This document shows positions 8,832-22,767 of a DNA stretch of 64,000 nucleotides, piece after piece. The number at the start of each line of letters is the position of its first letter. Positions within the stretch are counted from its first letter, which is position 1. Made by a program: the position numbers and the translations under genes. The notes beneath the pieces are model-generated. The model was not told the origin of the DNA. It was given only the letters and a program-made list of their open reading frames with translations, and did not search any database. Source of the DNA: an uncultured delta proteobacterium (GTDB taxonomy: Bacteria; Myxococcota_A; UBA9160; SZUA-336); assembly GCA_963704165.1 (NCBI GenBank), contig CAVPHD010000011.1:32001-96000 (forward strand), written 5' to 3'.

Positions 8832-9779
8832 ATGAAGTACCGGCGGCTCGGATCGAGCGGTCTCGTCGTCTCGGAGCTCGCGCTCGGCTCCTGGCTCACG
8901 CTCGGCGGCAGCGTCGGCGCGGCCGCGAGCGAAGAGATCGCGCGCCACGCGTTCGACCTCGGCGTGAACCTCTTCGACTCCGCGGACGCCTACTCGAACG
9001 GCGAAGCCGAGCGCGTCCTCGGTCGCGCGCTCGCGGGCCTGCCGCGCGCGCGTCTCGTGATCGCGACGAAGTGCTTCTTCCCGATGTCGGACGATCCCAA
9101 CGATCGAGGCCTCTCGCGGAAGCACTTGTTCGAGAGCGTCGAGGCGTCCCTCCGCCGACTCGGTACCGACTACCTCGACCTGCACCAGTGTCACCGCGCC
9201 GATCCCGAGACCCCGCTCGAGGAGACCGTCCGCGCCTACGAGGATCTGATCCGTCAGGGCAAGGTTCTGTACTGGGGCGTCTCGGGGTGGAGTGCGGATC
9301 TCGTCGCGCACGCGTGCCGGATCTCGGACGCGACCGGCGGGTATCGGCCGATCTCGAACCAGCCGCAGTACTCGCTTCTGCACCGCGAGATCGAGCGCGA
9401 CCTGCTCGGCGCACACGCGCGCCTCGGTCTCGGTCAGATCGTGTGGAGTCCGCTCGCGCAAGGCGTTCTGTCGGGGAAGTACGCTGGCAAGGCGCGCCCC
9501 GAAGGATCGGGGATCACGGTTCCGGCGCGCGCGCGGTTTCTCGAAAAGCTGCTCTCGGACGCGAATCTCGCGCGCGTCGAGCGCATGCGCCCGCTCGCGG
9601 AAGAGCTCGGCATCACGCCCGCCCAGCTCTCGCTCGCCTGGTGTCTGCGGCAGGCCGAGGTCGCGAGCGTGATCGTCGGCGCGACGCGACCCGAGCAGCT
9701 CGACGAGAACGCCGAGGCCTCGGGGCTCACGCTTCCCGCGCCGACGCTCCGCAAGCTCGAGCGGATCTTCGCGCGCTGA
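8832..9779 (+). CDS. aldo/keto reductase (Kv-beta-like)
   Basis: MKYRRLGSSGL, FDSADAYSNG, ATK, SLRRLGTDYLD, NQPQYSLL, WSPLAQG. Confidence 0.93.
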   Translation: MKYRRLGSSGLVVSELALGSWLTLGGSVGAAASEEIARHAFDLGVNLFDSADAYSNGEAERVLGRALAGLPRARLVIATKCFFPMSDDPNDRGLSRKHLFESVEASLRRLGTDYLDLHQCHRADPETPLEETVRAYEDLIRQGKVLYWGVSGWSADLVAHACRISDATGGYRPISNQPQYSLLHREIERDLLGAHARLGLGQIVWSPLAQGVLSGKYAGKARPEGSGITVPARARFLEKLLSDANLARVERMRPLAEELGITPAQLSLAWCLRQAEVASVIVGATRPEQLDENAEASGLTLPAPTLRKLERIFAR

Positions 9780-10665
9780 TCAGAAGCTGCCGCGAATCCG
9801 CAGCGCTTGGAAGAGATCCTCGCCCGCACCCGAAAGCGTGACGCGGTACGCGCGAGCGGAGCTCACCACCCACCACTGCGCGCTCGCCGACTCCGCGAAG
9901 ACGCGCGTAGCGCTCCAGGTCCGAGTCGGAGATCCAACGGAAGGCGTAGAGGTTCCAGCGCAGAACCTGCTCCGCTGCGATCGGATACAGAGCCGGCTCT
10001 TCGCCCGCGTAGCGCACGCGAAGCTCGCGAAACGGCTCGGCCGTGGATGCGGGAATTCCCTCGACGATCGCGGCGAGGCCCGAGTCCAACATCGCGCGGT
10101 TCAACCAGACGGCGGTCTGCGAGGTGAGCAACGCGCGATCGATGCGGCGCAGCAGCTCGACGCGTTCGCTCGGCACGCTGGCGAGGTCGAGGTGCTCGCT
10201 CCAGTTCTGGAACTTCGCGAGCCGACGGACGTCGTGTCGGTTCGAATGCGCGCGCAGGATTCGCTGCCCGAGCCAGGACTCGTGGAACGCGAAGACCTCG
10301 CGCGCGGCCTCGGCGTCCCAGACGGACGAGATCGCGGTGGACATCCGGTCGAAGAGCCGCTGTGGGCCGTAGGCGCGCCGGATCGCCGCGCGCAGGACGA
10401 CCTCTTGCGAGGGATCGACGCTCGCGCCGAGCGACTCGATCGCGGCGTGCAGCGCCGTGCCCCAGCTCGCGAGCTCGAACTCGCTTTGCTGCGCGCGAAG
10501 CAGCGCCCGAGCGCCGAGACCCGGCTTCGCGACGGCCTCGGGAATGTCCTTGGGAAGCTCGACCGCGGGACCGTACAGCCACGTGCAGCCGGTCAGTCCG
10601 AGCGTGAGCACGACGCACGTGCACAGCCGCGCCACCGCACTTCGCCGCGCGAGACGAGTCTCCAT
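9780..10665 (-). CDS. hypothetical lipoprotein (apparent +1 frameshift near 9905)
   Basis: Lipobox LGLTGC; helical body. The alternative frame FAESASAQWW...RGSF ends at TGA 9780, abutting the AKR stop. Confidence 0.6.
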
Positions 10666-10753
10666 CGAGCCTGTATTCGGCGCGTGCGCGCGGCGGCTAT
10701 ACCCCGAACCGAGTCCGGGATGCGATCATGTCCCGAACGCGCGGAGGTGATCG

Positions 10754-11566
10754 ATGGAGCCCCAGGACGTCCGCTACGAGATCGAGGGTCCGATCGCGCT
10801 GATCACGCTCGATCGCCCTCGCTATCGCAACGCCCAGAGCTGGCGGATGCTCGATCAGCTCGACTCCGCGCTCGACCGCGCCTGCGACGACAAGTCGGTG
10901 AAGGTCGCGATCGTGCGCGGCGCGGGCGAGCACTTCTCCGCCGGACACGACCTCGGGACGCCGGAGCAGATCGCGGATCGGAAACAGCGCGGCATTCCCG
11001 ACACCGGTCTGCTCGACTACGAGACGTTTCGAAAGTACAACCTCGACTACACGCTGAAGTGGCGAAACTTGCCCAAGCCCACCGTCGCGATGGTGCGCGG
11101 GTACTGCATCTACGGCGGCTGGATGATCGCGGCGGCGATGGACGTCGTCTTCGCCTCGCCCGAGACACGCTTTCTCGCCGGACAGGTCGAGTACTTCTCG
11201 ATTCCCTGGGACGTCGGCGCGCGCAAGGCGAAGGAGCTTCTCTTCGAGTCCCGCTTCATCACGGCGGACGAGGCACGCGAGCTCGGTCTCGTCAATCGCG
11301 TGATCGCCGCCGACGCGCTCGAAGCCGAGACGATCGCCTGGGCGAAGCGGGTCGCCGAGAACCCGCACGGCGTCCTGCGCATGGCCAAGCTCGCGATCAA
11401 CAAGGTTCAGGACCTGCAGGGCTTCAGCACGTCCATGGAGGGGGCCTTCGCCGACTTCCTGGTGCTCGCCCAGATGGGCGGACACCCGCGGAAGCCCGCG
11501 AAGGACCGGCGACTCGGTGGTGTCGATCTGGCGTTGCGCGGCGCGCGCGGTGAGCGGGAGCGCTAG
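10754..11566 (+). CDS. enoyl-CoA hydratase/isomerase (crotonase) family
   Basis: ITLDRPRYRNA, FSAGHDL, PKPTVAMVRG, LGLVNRV. Confidence 0.92.
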   Translation: MEPQDVRYEIEGPIALITLDRPRYRNAQSWRMLDQLDSALDRACDDKSVKVAIVRGAGEHFSAGHDLGTPEQIADRKQRGIPDTGLLDYETFRKYNLDYTLKWRNLPKPTVAMVRGYCIYGGWMIAAAMDVVFASPETRFLAGQVEYFSIPWDVGARKAKELLFESRFITADEARELGLVNRVIAADALEAETIAWAKRVAENPHGVLRMAKLAINKVQDLQGFSTSMEGAFADFLVLAQMGGHPRKPAKDRRLGGVDLALRGARGERER

Positions 11567-12822
11567 CTCGGCTTCTTCCGCACCTCGATCGAGAGCGTCT
11601 TCAATCCGCGCAGGATGTAGCTCGGTTCGTACTCGAAGGTCTGCCCGGGCGCGAACGCGATTCGATCGACGCGCTTCACGATCTCTTCGAACGCGATTCG
11701 CGTTTCGAGCCGAGCGAGCGGCGCGCCGATGCAGAAGTGCGCCCCGCGTCCGAAGGCGATGTGATCGCGCAGGTTCTCGCGCGTCGGATCGAATCGGTCG
11801 GGGTCGGGGAAAACGCGCTCGTCGCGATTCGCCGAGCCGAACATGATCCAGAGCATCGAGCCCTTCGGCACCCGGACGCCGCCGAGCTCCGCATCGCGGA
11901 GCGCGACCCGGAACATGCCCTGATTCGGCGTCGAGAGCCGCAGCGACTCTTCGATCATCGCAGGGATCCTCGAAGGGTCGCGCTGAATCCGCCGCCATTC
12001 CTCCGGATTCTCGATCAGCAGCCGGATCGTCTCGTTCAGGAGCTTCGTGGTGGTCTCGTTTCCGGCGACCATCAGCTGCTGAATGATCGAGAGCAGCTCG
12101 GGAATCGCGAGCAGACGCTCGGCCCCGGTCTCGTCCTCGAACTGCGCCCGCGCGAGGTCGGTCAGGAAGTCGTCGCGCGGGCGTGTGCGCCGGTCCGCGA
12201 ACTCCGACGCCCAATAGTGTTGCATCTCGACGAGCCCGCGCGCGGCCTCGAGCCGCCGGGCGTCGTCGATCTCGACCCCGAGCGCGGCGACCGAGTCGTC
12301 CGACCAGGGCTTGATCCTCGGCTCGACCTCGGGCTTCATGCCGAGCGCGAACGAGATCACGCGAACCGGGAACGACACCGCGAACTCGTCGTGAAACGGC
12401 ACGATCCCGCGCTCGGGCCAGCGCGAGACCAGATCGGCGCAGAGCTCGCGAATGCGCGGCTCGAGCGCGAGGATGCGCCGGCTCGAGAACGCGCGGCCGA
12501 CCGTCTTCCGATAGCGCGTCTGAAGCGGCGGGTCGGCGGTCAGCATCGTGTTCACGGGCGGGAAGCCCTTCGAGAGAATTCCGAGCAGCTCCGCTCGGAC
12601 CCCGCCGGCGGGCAGCGTCGCCGTGTTCGCGAGCTGCGACGAGTAGATCTCGGGGGCGGCCAGCACCTCGTTCACCCGATCCAGCGTCGATACGAAGAAC
12701 ATCCCCGTTCTCGGATGGCGAAAGACGGGAGCTCGGCGGCGAAGCTCGGCGTAGAAGGGGTACGGGTTCTGCTGGACCGATCGCTCCATCGGGTCATAGG
12801 TGTCGAGATCGAGATCGCCCAC
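11563..12822 (-). CDS. cytochrome P450
   Basis: AGNETT I-helix, ESLR (ExxR), FGRGAHFCIG heme ligand. Confidence 0.95.
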   Translation of the reverse strand: MGDLDLDTYDPMERSVQQNPYPFYAELRRRAPVFRHPRTGMFFVSTLDRVNEVLAAPEIYSSQLANTATLPAGGVRAELLGILSKGFPPVNTMLTADPPLQTRYRKTVGRAFSSRRILALEPRIRELCADLVSRWPERGIVPFHDEFAVSFPVRVISFALGMKPEVEPRIKPWSDDSVAALGVEIDDARRLEAARGLVEMQHYWASEFADRRTRPRDDFLTDLARAQFEDETGAERLLAIPELLSIIQQLMVAGNETTTKLLNETIRLLIENPEEWRRIQRDPSRIPAMIEESLRLSTPNQGMFRVALRDAELGGVRVPKGSMLWIMFGSANRDERVFPDPDRFDPTRENLRDHIAFGRGAHFCIGAPLARLETRIAFEEIVKRVDRIAFAPGQTFEYEPSYILRGLKTLSIEVRKKPS

Positions 12823-12884
12823 GTCGCACCTCGAGTCGGGCCGCCGTGAGACACTTCTAGCACGAATCGAACGGGGGATCGGCG

Positions 12885-13637
12885 ATGCCGGGATTGGTAC
12901 TGCGCGACGATGCCGAGGGCGTGGCCGTGCTCACGTTGAACCGGCCCGACGTGCTGAACGCGCTGTCGCCGAAGCTCTTCGAGGAGCTCCGCGCACACGT
13001 CGAGCGGCTCGCGAGCGAAGTGGATTCGGTGGGCTGCGTGGTCCTTCGGGGCGCCGGGCGCTCGTTCTCGGCCGGGAACGACCTGAACGCGATCCGCGCC
13101 GGAGAGCGCGCACCGTCGGCGCACTTCCAGGCCGAGACGCTCGATGCGCTCGAGCATCTGCCGCAGCCCGTGATCGCGTCGGTGCAGGGTCACTGCTACA
13201 CGGGCGCACTCGAGCTCGTCCTGGCGTGCGATCTACTGGTCGTCGCCGAATCCGCGAAGCTCGCCGACACCCACGGGAAGTGGGGCATGACGCCGACCTG
13301 GGGGATGAGCCAGCGCCTGCCGCGCCGGATCGGGCCGCTGCGCGCGAAGGAGCTGATGTTCAGCGGCCGCGCCGTGTCCGGGCGCGATGCGGTCGCGCTC
13401 GGCCTCGCGAACGAATGCGTGCCGGATGCGGAGCTCGAATCGCGCACGCTCGGACTCGCGCGTGAGATCGCCGCCAACTCGTGGTTCACGCTGCGCACCG
13501 AGAAGACGCTCCTGCGCGAGGGCGCCGGCCTGCCGCCACGAGAGGCGCTCGCCTACGAACGTGCCCACAGTCCCGGCGCCGGGCCCGACATGAACGAGCG
13601 CCTCGCGGCCTTCGGGTCGAAGCAGAAGCCGCGCTAG
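12885..13637 (+). CDS. enoyl-CoA hydratase/isomerase family
   Basis: LTLNRPDVLNAL, FSAGNDL, PVIASVQGHCYTGALEL. Confidence 0.92.
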   Translation: MPGLVLRDDAEGVAVLTLNRPDVLNALSPKLFEELRAHVERLASEVDSVGCVVLRGAGRSFSAGNDLNAIRAGERAPSAHFQAETLDALEHLPQPVIASVQGHCYTGALELVLACDLLVVAESAKLADTHGKWGMTPTWGMSQRLPRRIGPLRAKELMFSGRAVSGRDAVALGLANECVPDAELESRTLGLAREIAANSWFTLRTEKTLLREGAGLPPREALAYERAHSPGAGPDMNERLAAFGSKQKPR

Positions 13638-14041
13638 CAGCCCACGCAGGGAAGCTTCTTGTCGCGCCAGCCGCGCATGTCGCCCTCGAGGTGGACGACG
13701 CGAAAGCCCGCGCCCTCGAGCGCGTCGGCCGCCTTCGCGGCGCGGAATCCCCGCTCGCAGTAGACCACGACCTCGCGGTCCCGGGCGTCGCCGAGCTCCG
13801 AGATGCGATCTCCGACTTCGTCGTACGGCAGGTTCTTCGCACCGGCGATGTGGCCTGTGTCGAATTCCTTCGGCGAGCGAACGTCGAGCACCAGCGGCGG
13901 ATCGGCGGCACCGAGTCGCTCGAGCAATTCGATGTCCGAGATCGAGGCCATGTCCCCCATGCAGCCGGATCCGAGCAGGACGATGACCACGAGGGCGAGT
14001 ACCGTGCGGCCGCCCCGTTCGGGCGCGTACAATCGGCGCAT
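13634..14041 (-). CDS. rhodanese-domain lipoprotein
   Basis: LGSGC lipobox, LDVRSPKEFDTGHIAGA, VYCERGFRA, LEGDMRGW. Confidence 0.85.
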   Translation of the reverse strand: MRRLYAPERGGRTVLALVVIVLLGSGCMGDMASISDIELLERLGAADPPLVLDVRSPKEFDTGHIAGAKNLPYDEVGDRISELGDARDREVVVYCERGFRAAKAADALEGAGFRVVHLEGDMRGWRDKKLPCVGC

Positions 14042-14134
14042 GAGAAGCTGAAATCTCCGTGTCACGGCGCAGATCATCCCCGACCGGGATGCGTTGCGCC
14101 AGCCGGGCCCGAACGAAAAACGTGAGGTGAAGAC

Positions 14135-14647
14135 ATGGCCGTGAAGAAGTTCCCGATCGAGGCGAGCCACATCTTGATGTTCGCGCGCGCGATCAACGAT
14201 CCGAATCCGATCTACTCCGACGAGGACCACGCCGGGAAGTCGGAGGTCGGCGCGATCATCGCCCCGCCGACGTTCACGCAGGCATCCGCGCAGTTCGACC
14301 CCGACTACTTCCTTCGGCCCAAGTTCGGCCAGCCGTGGTTCGGCTCGGCCAAGGAACCCACCGGGCTGAAGCCGCGGGCATCCACGGGTGGCGGTGCAGC
14401 GCCGAGCGGTGCCGCCGCCGGAGGCCTGCACGCCGAGCAGCACTTCGAGTACCACCGGCCGCTCCGGGCCGGCGACGTGCTCACCGCGCGGAGCAAGCCC
14501 GGGAAGACCTGGGAGAAAGAGGGCCGAAGGGGCGGGAAGCTGCTCTTCTCCGAGTCGATCACCGAGTACTACGACGCCTCGGGCGAGCTCGTCGTGACCG
14601 CGCGCGGTGTCGGCGTGCGGACCGAACGCGTCATCGAGCAGAAGTAG
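14135..14647 (+). CDS. MaoC dehydratase N-terminal-type hotdog subunit
   Basis: MFARAINDPNPIY, APPTF, GLHAEQHFEYHRPL. Confidence 0.87.
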   Translation: MAVKKFPIEASHILMFARAINDPNPIYSDEDHAGKSEVGAIIAPPTFTQASAQFDPDYFLRPKFGQPWFGSAKEPTGLKPRASTGGGAAPSGAAAGGLHAEQHFEYHRPLRAGDVLTARSKPGKTWEKEGRRGGKLLFSESITEYYDASGELVVTARGVGVRTERVIEQK

Positions 14648-14658
14648 GAGGATCCGAG

Positions 14659-15081
14659 ATGTCACTCCGAGCCAGTCAGCTGAAGGTCGGCGACATCCGC
14701 GAAGAGGTCGTGATCGAGAACCTCTCGCGCACACAGCTCGTGATGTACGCGGGCGCCTCGGGCGACTACAACCCGGTGCACACCGACGAGGTCTTCGCGA
14801 CCAAGGTCGCCGGCTACCCCTCGGTGTTCGCGCACGGGATGCTCAGCATGGGCGCGACCGGGCGCATGCTGACGAACTGGGTCGGCGACGGCCGGCTCAC
14901 CAAGTACGGCGTGCGCTTCGTCTCTCAGGTCTGGCCCGGCGACTCGCTGACCGCGCGTGCGGTGGTCGAGGCGATTCGCGACGAGAACGGCGCGAAGTTC
15001 GCGGACTTCGCGGTCGTGACGGTGAACCAGGACGGGAAGGACGTCGTCTCGGGCTACGCCTGCGCGCGGCTCGATCCGTAG
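14659..15081 (+). CDS. MaoC-family dehydratase, catalytic subunit
   Basis: YAGASGDYNPVHTD, AHGM, RFVSQVWPGD; AGGAGG RBS. Confidence 0.9.
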   Translation: MSLRASQLKVGDIREEVVIENLSRTQLVMYAGASGDYNPVHTDEVFATKVAGYPSVFAHGMLSMGATGRMLTNWVGDGRLTKYGVRFVSQVWPGDSLTARAVVEAIRDENGAKFADFAVVTVNQDGKDVVSGYACARLDP

Positions 15082-15983
15082 CGCGCGACGAATCCCAGGT
15101 AGGCGTGGACGTCGATCAGGTCCGCAGCGCCCGCCGGCTTGAGCCGATCGCAGAGCGCGCGGCCCATGCGCAGGAGCTTGTCGTAGGTCCGCGCGTTGGG
15201 CTCGGCCTGATAGGCGAGATCGAAACGCAGGCGCTCCGCCGCCGGTTTGCTCACGTCGGGCTTGAGCAGCAGGAACGCCCCCGGGCTGGCCAGGAACGGG
15301 AGCGCGGTGGCGAGCGTCCACTTCGCCGCCGTGGTCTTCGCGCGCAGGGACAAAGCCTCGACCGCCTCGAAATACGCGACGAGCGCTTCGCCGGTCTCGC
15401 TCCCGGCGGAGAGCAGGCGGAACAACGCGGCGAACAACCCCTTGGCTCCCGCTTCGTCCGCGAGCCCATCGCGAAGCGCGGCGAACTCGGTGCGGTTCAG
15501 GATTCCCGCCTGCTTCGCAACCGCCAGAGAGCGCGTCGAGAGCTCCTGCACGTCCCCGTCGGCGAGCAGCTGCTCGCCCTGTCCGTTGCCCAGCGTCTCG
15601 GTCCACAGTTCGTGCGCGCTGGCTCGTGGAGCGCGCTCTCGGCCGACGTAGGACGGGTCCGAGAATCCCTGCGGGAACAGACGCACGAGTTCGCCCACAC
15701 CTTCGTCGAACGCGACGCGCGGCTGGGTGACCTGGAACTTTCCGTTCTTGAACGCAGGCAAGTTGTCGAGCCACGGATCGCTCTGCACCGCGGAGGCCTC
15801 GAGCGAGCGAAGCACCATCGTCTTCAGGCCGTCTCCCGACGAATCGGTACCCGCATCGCGGAAACACACGACCGCCTTCGAGCCCTCGATCTGCATCACG
15901 CGTCCCGGCCCCCATTCGCGCATCCGCGGGTTCACGACGTAGGTATCGGCCTCGATCACGGCGGCAGGGGCAGGGTCGCTCAA
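15054..15983 (-). CDS. DUF3553-like domain protein with uncharacterised helical C-terminal domain
   Basis: N-terminal VVNPRMREWGPGRV...VCF segment; TTG start with GGAGGAG RBS. Confidence 0.6.
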   Translation of the reverse strand: MSDPAPAAVIEADTYVVNPRMREWGPGRVMQIEGSKAVVCFRDAGTDSSGDGLKTMVLRSLEASAVQSDPWLDNLPAFKNGKFQVTQPRVAFDEGVGELVRLFPQGFSDPSYVGRERAPRASAHELWTETLGNGQGEQLLADGDVQELSTRSLAVAKQAGILNRTEFAALRDGLADEAGAKGLFAALFRLLSAGSETGEALVAYFEAVEALSLRAKTTAAKWTLATALPFLASPGAFLLLKPDVSKPAAERLRFDLAYQAEPNARTYDKLLRMGRALCDRLKPAGAADLIDVHAYLGFVARYGSSRAQA

Positions 15984-16182
15984 GAGATCTCCTCCGGTGG
16001 TGCGCGTGGCGCAGTCGCCGACACGGTCGAGCGTCGATCCGCCCGTACGTCCTCAAGCTAGCGTTTTATGGCAGCTTTCGCGCCGAAATGTTCCGCGCGG
16101 GCGGCGCGCGAAGCGTGGCATGATCGGGCGACGCGCAAGTGAAGCCCGTAGGGGTGCGAACAGGATGGAGGGACGGGGAGAC

Positions 16183-16944
16183 ATGGCGCTGCGATTGGAT
16201 GGCAAGGTCGCACTGGTGACCGGCGGCTCGCGCGGGATCGGCAAGGGAATCGCGAAGGCGTTCGCGCAGGCGGGCGCGCAGGTGATGATCACCTCGCGCA
16301 AGGCGGAGAGCTGCGAACAGGCCGCGAAGGAGATCGGCGCGACCGCGCTCTTCGAGACGAGCAACATCGGCCGGTACGAAGACGCCGAACGCGTGATCGC
16401 CGCGACGCTCGACCGGCTCGGCCGGCTCGACATCCTGGTCAACAACGCCGCGACCAATCCCTACGCCGGACCGACGATCGACGTCGATCTGCCGCGCTGG
16501 GAGAAGACGCTGCAGGTCAACCTGACCGCCCCGCTCTTCTGGACCCAGCTCGCGTGGCAGCGGTTCATGCGCGAGAACGGCGGTGCGGTCATCAACATCT
16601 CGAGCGTCGGCGGCTTCTCGACCAACCCGATCCTCGGCGTCTACGACGTGACCAAGGCCGCGCTGATCCATCTGACGAGGCAGCTCGCCGCCGAGTTGGG
16701 CCCGCGCGTGCGCGTGAACGCGATCGCGCCGGGCCTGATCCGCACCGACTTCGCGCGCGCTCTCTGGGAGGACGGCCGCGGTGACCAGGTCGCCAAGGCC
16801 TACCCGCTGAAGCGTCTCGGCGAGCCCGAAGACGTCGCCGCCGCCGCGCTCTACCTCGCCTGCGACGATGCGAGCGGCTGGGTCACCGGCCATACGATCG
16901 TACTCGACGGCGGCGGCCTGATCGGCTTCAACCGCGTAGGCTGA
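16183..16944 (+). CDS. short-chain dehydrogenase/reductase
   Basis: TGGSRGIG, NNAA, YDVTK, VNAIAPG. Confidence 0.93.
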   Translation: MALRLDGKVALVTGGSRGIGKGIAKAFAQAGAQVMITSRKAESCEQAAKEIGATALFETSNIGRYEDAERVIAATLDRLGRLDILVNNAATNPYAGPTIDVDLPRWEKTLQVNLTAPLFWTQLAWQRFMRENGGAVINISSVGGFSTNPILGVYDVTKAALIHLTRQLAAELGPRVRVNAIAPGLIRTDFARALWEDGRGDQVAKAYPLKRLGEPEDVAAAALYLACDDASGWVTGHTIVLDGGGLIGFNRVG

Positions 16945-16967
16945 AACACACGAGAAGGAGCTCCGAC

Positions 16968-17378
16968 GTGAAGGCCCTGAAGATCCTCGTCATCGCATGC
17001 GCCGTGTACGCAGGCATCGTCGCCGCTTTCGAATCCATGCTCGGCTACTTCCAGCCGCAAGCCGGAACGACGCTCGTCATCACGACCATCGACGAAAGCG
17101 GTGCAGCACACCCGCGGGTGGTGTCACGGCTGGACAGCAACTCCGCGCTCTACGTCGCGGCGAACCATTGGCCCCGCGCCTGGTATCGCCAGGCGCTCGA
17201 GAACCCGAACGTTCGAGTCACGGCGGATGGGAAGGAGACGTCCTACATCGCGGTTCCGGTGACCGGCGCGGAGCACGACCGCGTGAACGACGAGCACCGC
17301 CACGGAATCCTGTTCCGAATCCTGACGGGATTCCCGCCGCGGTACTTCCTTCGCCTCGATCCGGCGCCGCCCGGATAG
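16968..17378 (+). CDS. split beta-barrel nitroreductase/quinone-reductase-like protein with N-terminal membrane anchor
   Basis: LVITT, LYVAANHWPRAWYRQALENPNVRV, FLRLDP; AAGGAG RBS. Confidence 0.6.
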   Translation: MKALKILVIACAVYAGIVAAFESMLGYFQPQAGTTLVITTIDESGAAHPRVVSRLDSNSALYVAANHWPRAWYRQALENPNVRVTADGKETSYIAVPVTGAEHDRVNDEHRHGILFRILTGFPPRYFLRLDPAPPG

Positions 17379-17568
17379 CGGCGCGCCGCGCGCGCCGAAC
17401 GCGTCGCCTTTCGGTGTAGGGATCACAGCGGGGGCGCAGCTGCGCTCCTCCCATGGCATTTTCGGACAAAACGCTTGATCCCGACCCCGCGAAGGCGCGA
17501 CGATGGTACGCTAGGTGACGTCGTCTCCGGGCCCTGGAGAGACTCTCGAAACCTCTGGAGGGTCTTCG

Positions 17569-20973
<3,405 letters not shown>

Positions 20974-21059
20974 CCTCCCCCCATGCCGCGTCTGGTCTAG
21001 AATCGGTCTCCACCGGCGATCGCGTCGCGGAATCACCCAAACACCGTGAGGCAGAAACC

Positions 21060-22091
21060 ATGAGCAAGCTCACCGACGACCCACGCATCGACCCGCGCAT
21101 CAAGGCCACGATGGGCATGATGCCGATGGAGCGCCAGACCGACGCGAGGAGCCGCGAAGAGATGGTCGCCGAGGCCAACAGCCCCGAAGCCGTCTCCCGC
21201 ATGGAGACGCTCAAGGCCGCCTTCTCCATGCTCGACAGTGAGCAGATCGCGCCGTCCACGGGACTGTCGATCGCGACGCACGAGTTCAAGTCGTCGCCCG
21301 ACGGCAACACCATCAAGGTTCAGTTCATCCGCCCGGAGTCCGCGTCGCCCCTGCCCTGCGTGTACTACATCCACGGCGGCGGAATGCAGGTGATGTCGTG
21401 CTTCGACGGCATGTACAGGTCCTGGGGCCGAATCATCGCCGCGCAGGGCGTCGCGGTGGCGATGGTCGACTTCCGCAACTGCCTGACGCCGTCGTCCGCG
21501 CCGGAGATCGCACCCTTTCCGGCCGGGCTCAACGACTGCGTGTCCGGCGTGAAGTGGTTGCACGCCAACGCCGCGAAGCTCGGCGTCGATCCCGCGCACA
21601 TCATCGTCGCGGGCGAGAGCGGCGGCGGGAACCTCACCCTGGCCACGGGCCTGAAGCTGAAGCAGGACGGGGACCTGGGTTTGATCCGCGGCTTGTACGC
21701 GCTCTGCCCGTACATCGCCGGAAGCTGGCCGCGCGAAGACCTGCCGTCCTCGATCGAGAACAACGGCATCCTGCTCGACCTGCACAACAACCGCGGCGCG
21801 ATGGCCTACGGCATCGCCGAGCTCGAGCGCAAGAACCACCTGGCCTGGCCCGGCTTCGCGTCCGAGCAGGACGTGAAGGGCCTCGTGCCGACGGTGATCA
21901 GCGTGAACGAGTGCGATCCGCTGCGCGACGAAGGCATCGCCTTCTACCACCTGCTGCTCCGCGCCAACGTTCCCGCGCGCTGCCGGCAGGTGATGGGCAC
22001 GATCCACGGCACGGAGATCTTCGCCATCGCGTGTCCCGACATCAGTCGAGAAACGGCCGGCAGCATCGCGCAGTTCTGCCGCACGGCCTGA
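21060..22091 (+). CDS. alpha/beta hydrolase, HSL-like esterase
   Basis: IHGGG, GESGG nucleophile elbow, DPLRDEG, HG. Confidence 0.92.
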   Translation: MSKLTDDPRIDPRIKATMGMMPMERQTDARSREEMVAEANSPEAVSRMETLKAAFSMLDSEQIAPSTGLSIATHEFKSSPDGNTIKVQFIRPESASPLPCVYYIHGGGMQVMSCFDGMYRSWGRIIAAQGVAVAMVDFRNCLTPSSAPEIAPFPAGLNDCVSGVKWLHANAAKLGVDPAHIIVAGESGGGNLTLATGLKLKQDGDLGLIRGLYALCPYIAGSWPREDLPSSIENNGILLDLHNNRGAMAYGIAELERKNHLAWPGFASEQDVKGLVPTVISVNECDPLRDEGIAFYHLLLRANVPARCRQVMGTIHGTEIFAIACPDISRETAGSIAQFCRTA

Positions 22092-22192
22092 CACGCTCAC
22101 GCTGAAGAGGAGCACCCGGAGCCGGGAGCCGCCGAGGCGCCCTGGACAAAGCCAACGACCCGCGCGGTCGAGGCCATGTCCAGGGCCATTCG

Positions 22193-22576
22193 TCAGCTCG
22201 CCATGCGGTGCAGCGCGCAGATCTTGTTGCCCGCCGGATCGCGGAGATAGGCGAGGTACATCGAGCCCATGCCGCCAGCGCGCACGCCCGGCGGGTCTTC
22301 ACAGCTGACGCCGCCGTTCGCCACTCCGGCGGCATGCCATGCCTTCACCTTCTCCTGCGAATCGGCCGCGAAGCCGATCGTGGCGCCGTTCGCCGCGCTG
22401 GCCGGAGCACCGTTGATCGGCTTCGTGATCGCGAAGACGCCGGTCGGGGTCATGTAGAAGACCCGGCCCTTGTCGTCCTGGTTTCCGGGCTTGATCCCGA
22501 GCGCGCCCAGAGCCGCGTCGTAGAACTTCTTCGAGGCTGCGACATCGTTCGCACCCACCATGATGTGGCTGAACAT
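22193..22576 (-). CDS. VOC/glyoxalase family protein
   Basis: MFSHIMVGANDV...FYDA, YLAYLRDPAGNKICA. Confidence 0.92.
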   Translation of the reverse strand: MFSHIMVGANDVAASKKFYDAALGALGIKPGNQDDKGRVFYMTPTGVFAITKPINGAPASAANGATIGFAADSQEKVKAWHAAGVANGGVSCEDPPGVRAGGMGSMYLAYLRDPAGNKICALHRMAS

Positions 22577-22767
22577 TTCAGGTTTCTCCTACGGAAAGTT
22601 GATCGGAACTCAACGACGCAGCGGATACTACCACCCGAGCGCAACGTCGCGGCCCTCGTCGTCCTCATCGAGCCTCTCGCGATCGCGAGCGACGTGCGCG
22701 GTGGTTGCCGAACCGCGATGCCGCGTGGCCTCGCTCGGGCCGCGACGGACGGCTACGCTGGGCGCCC

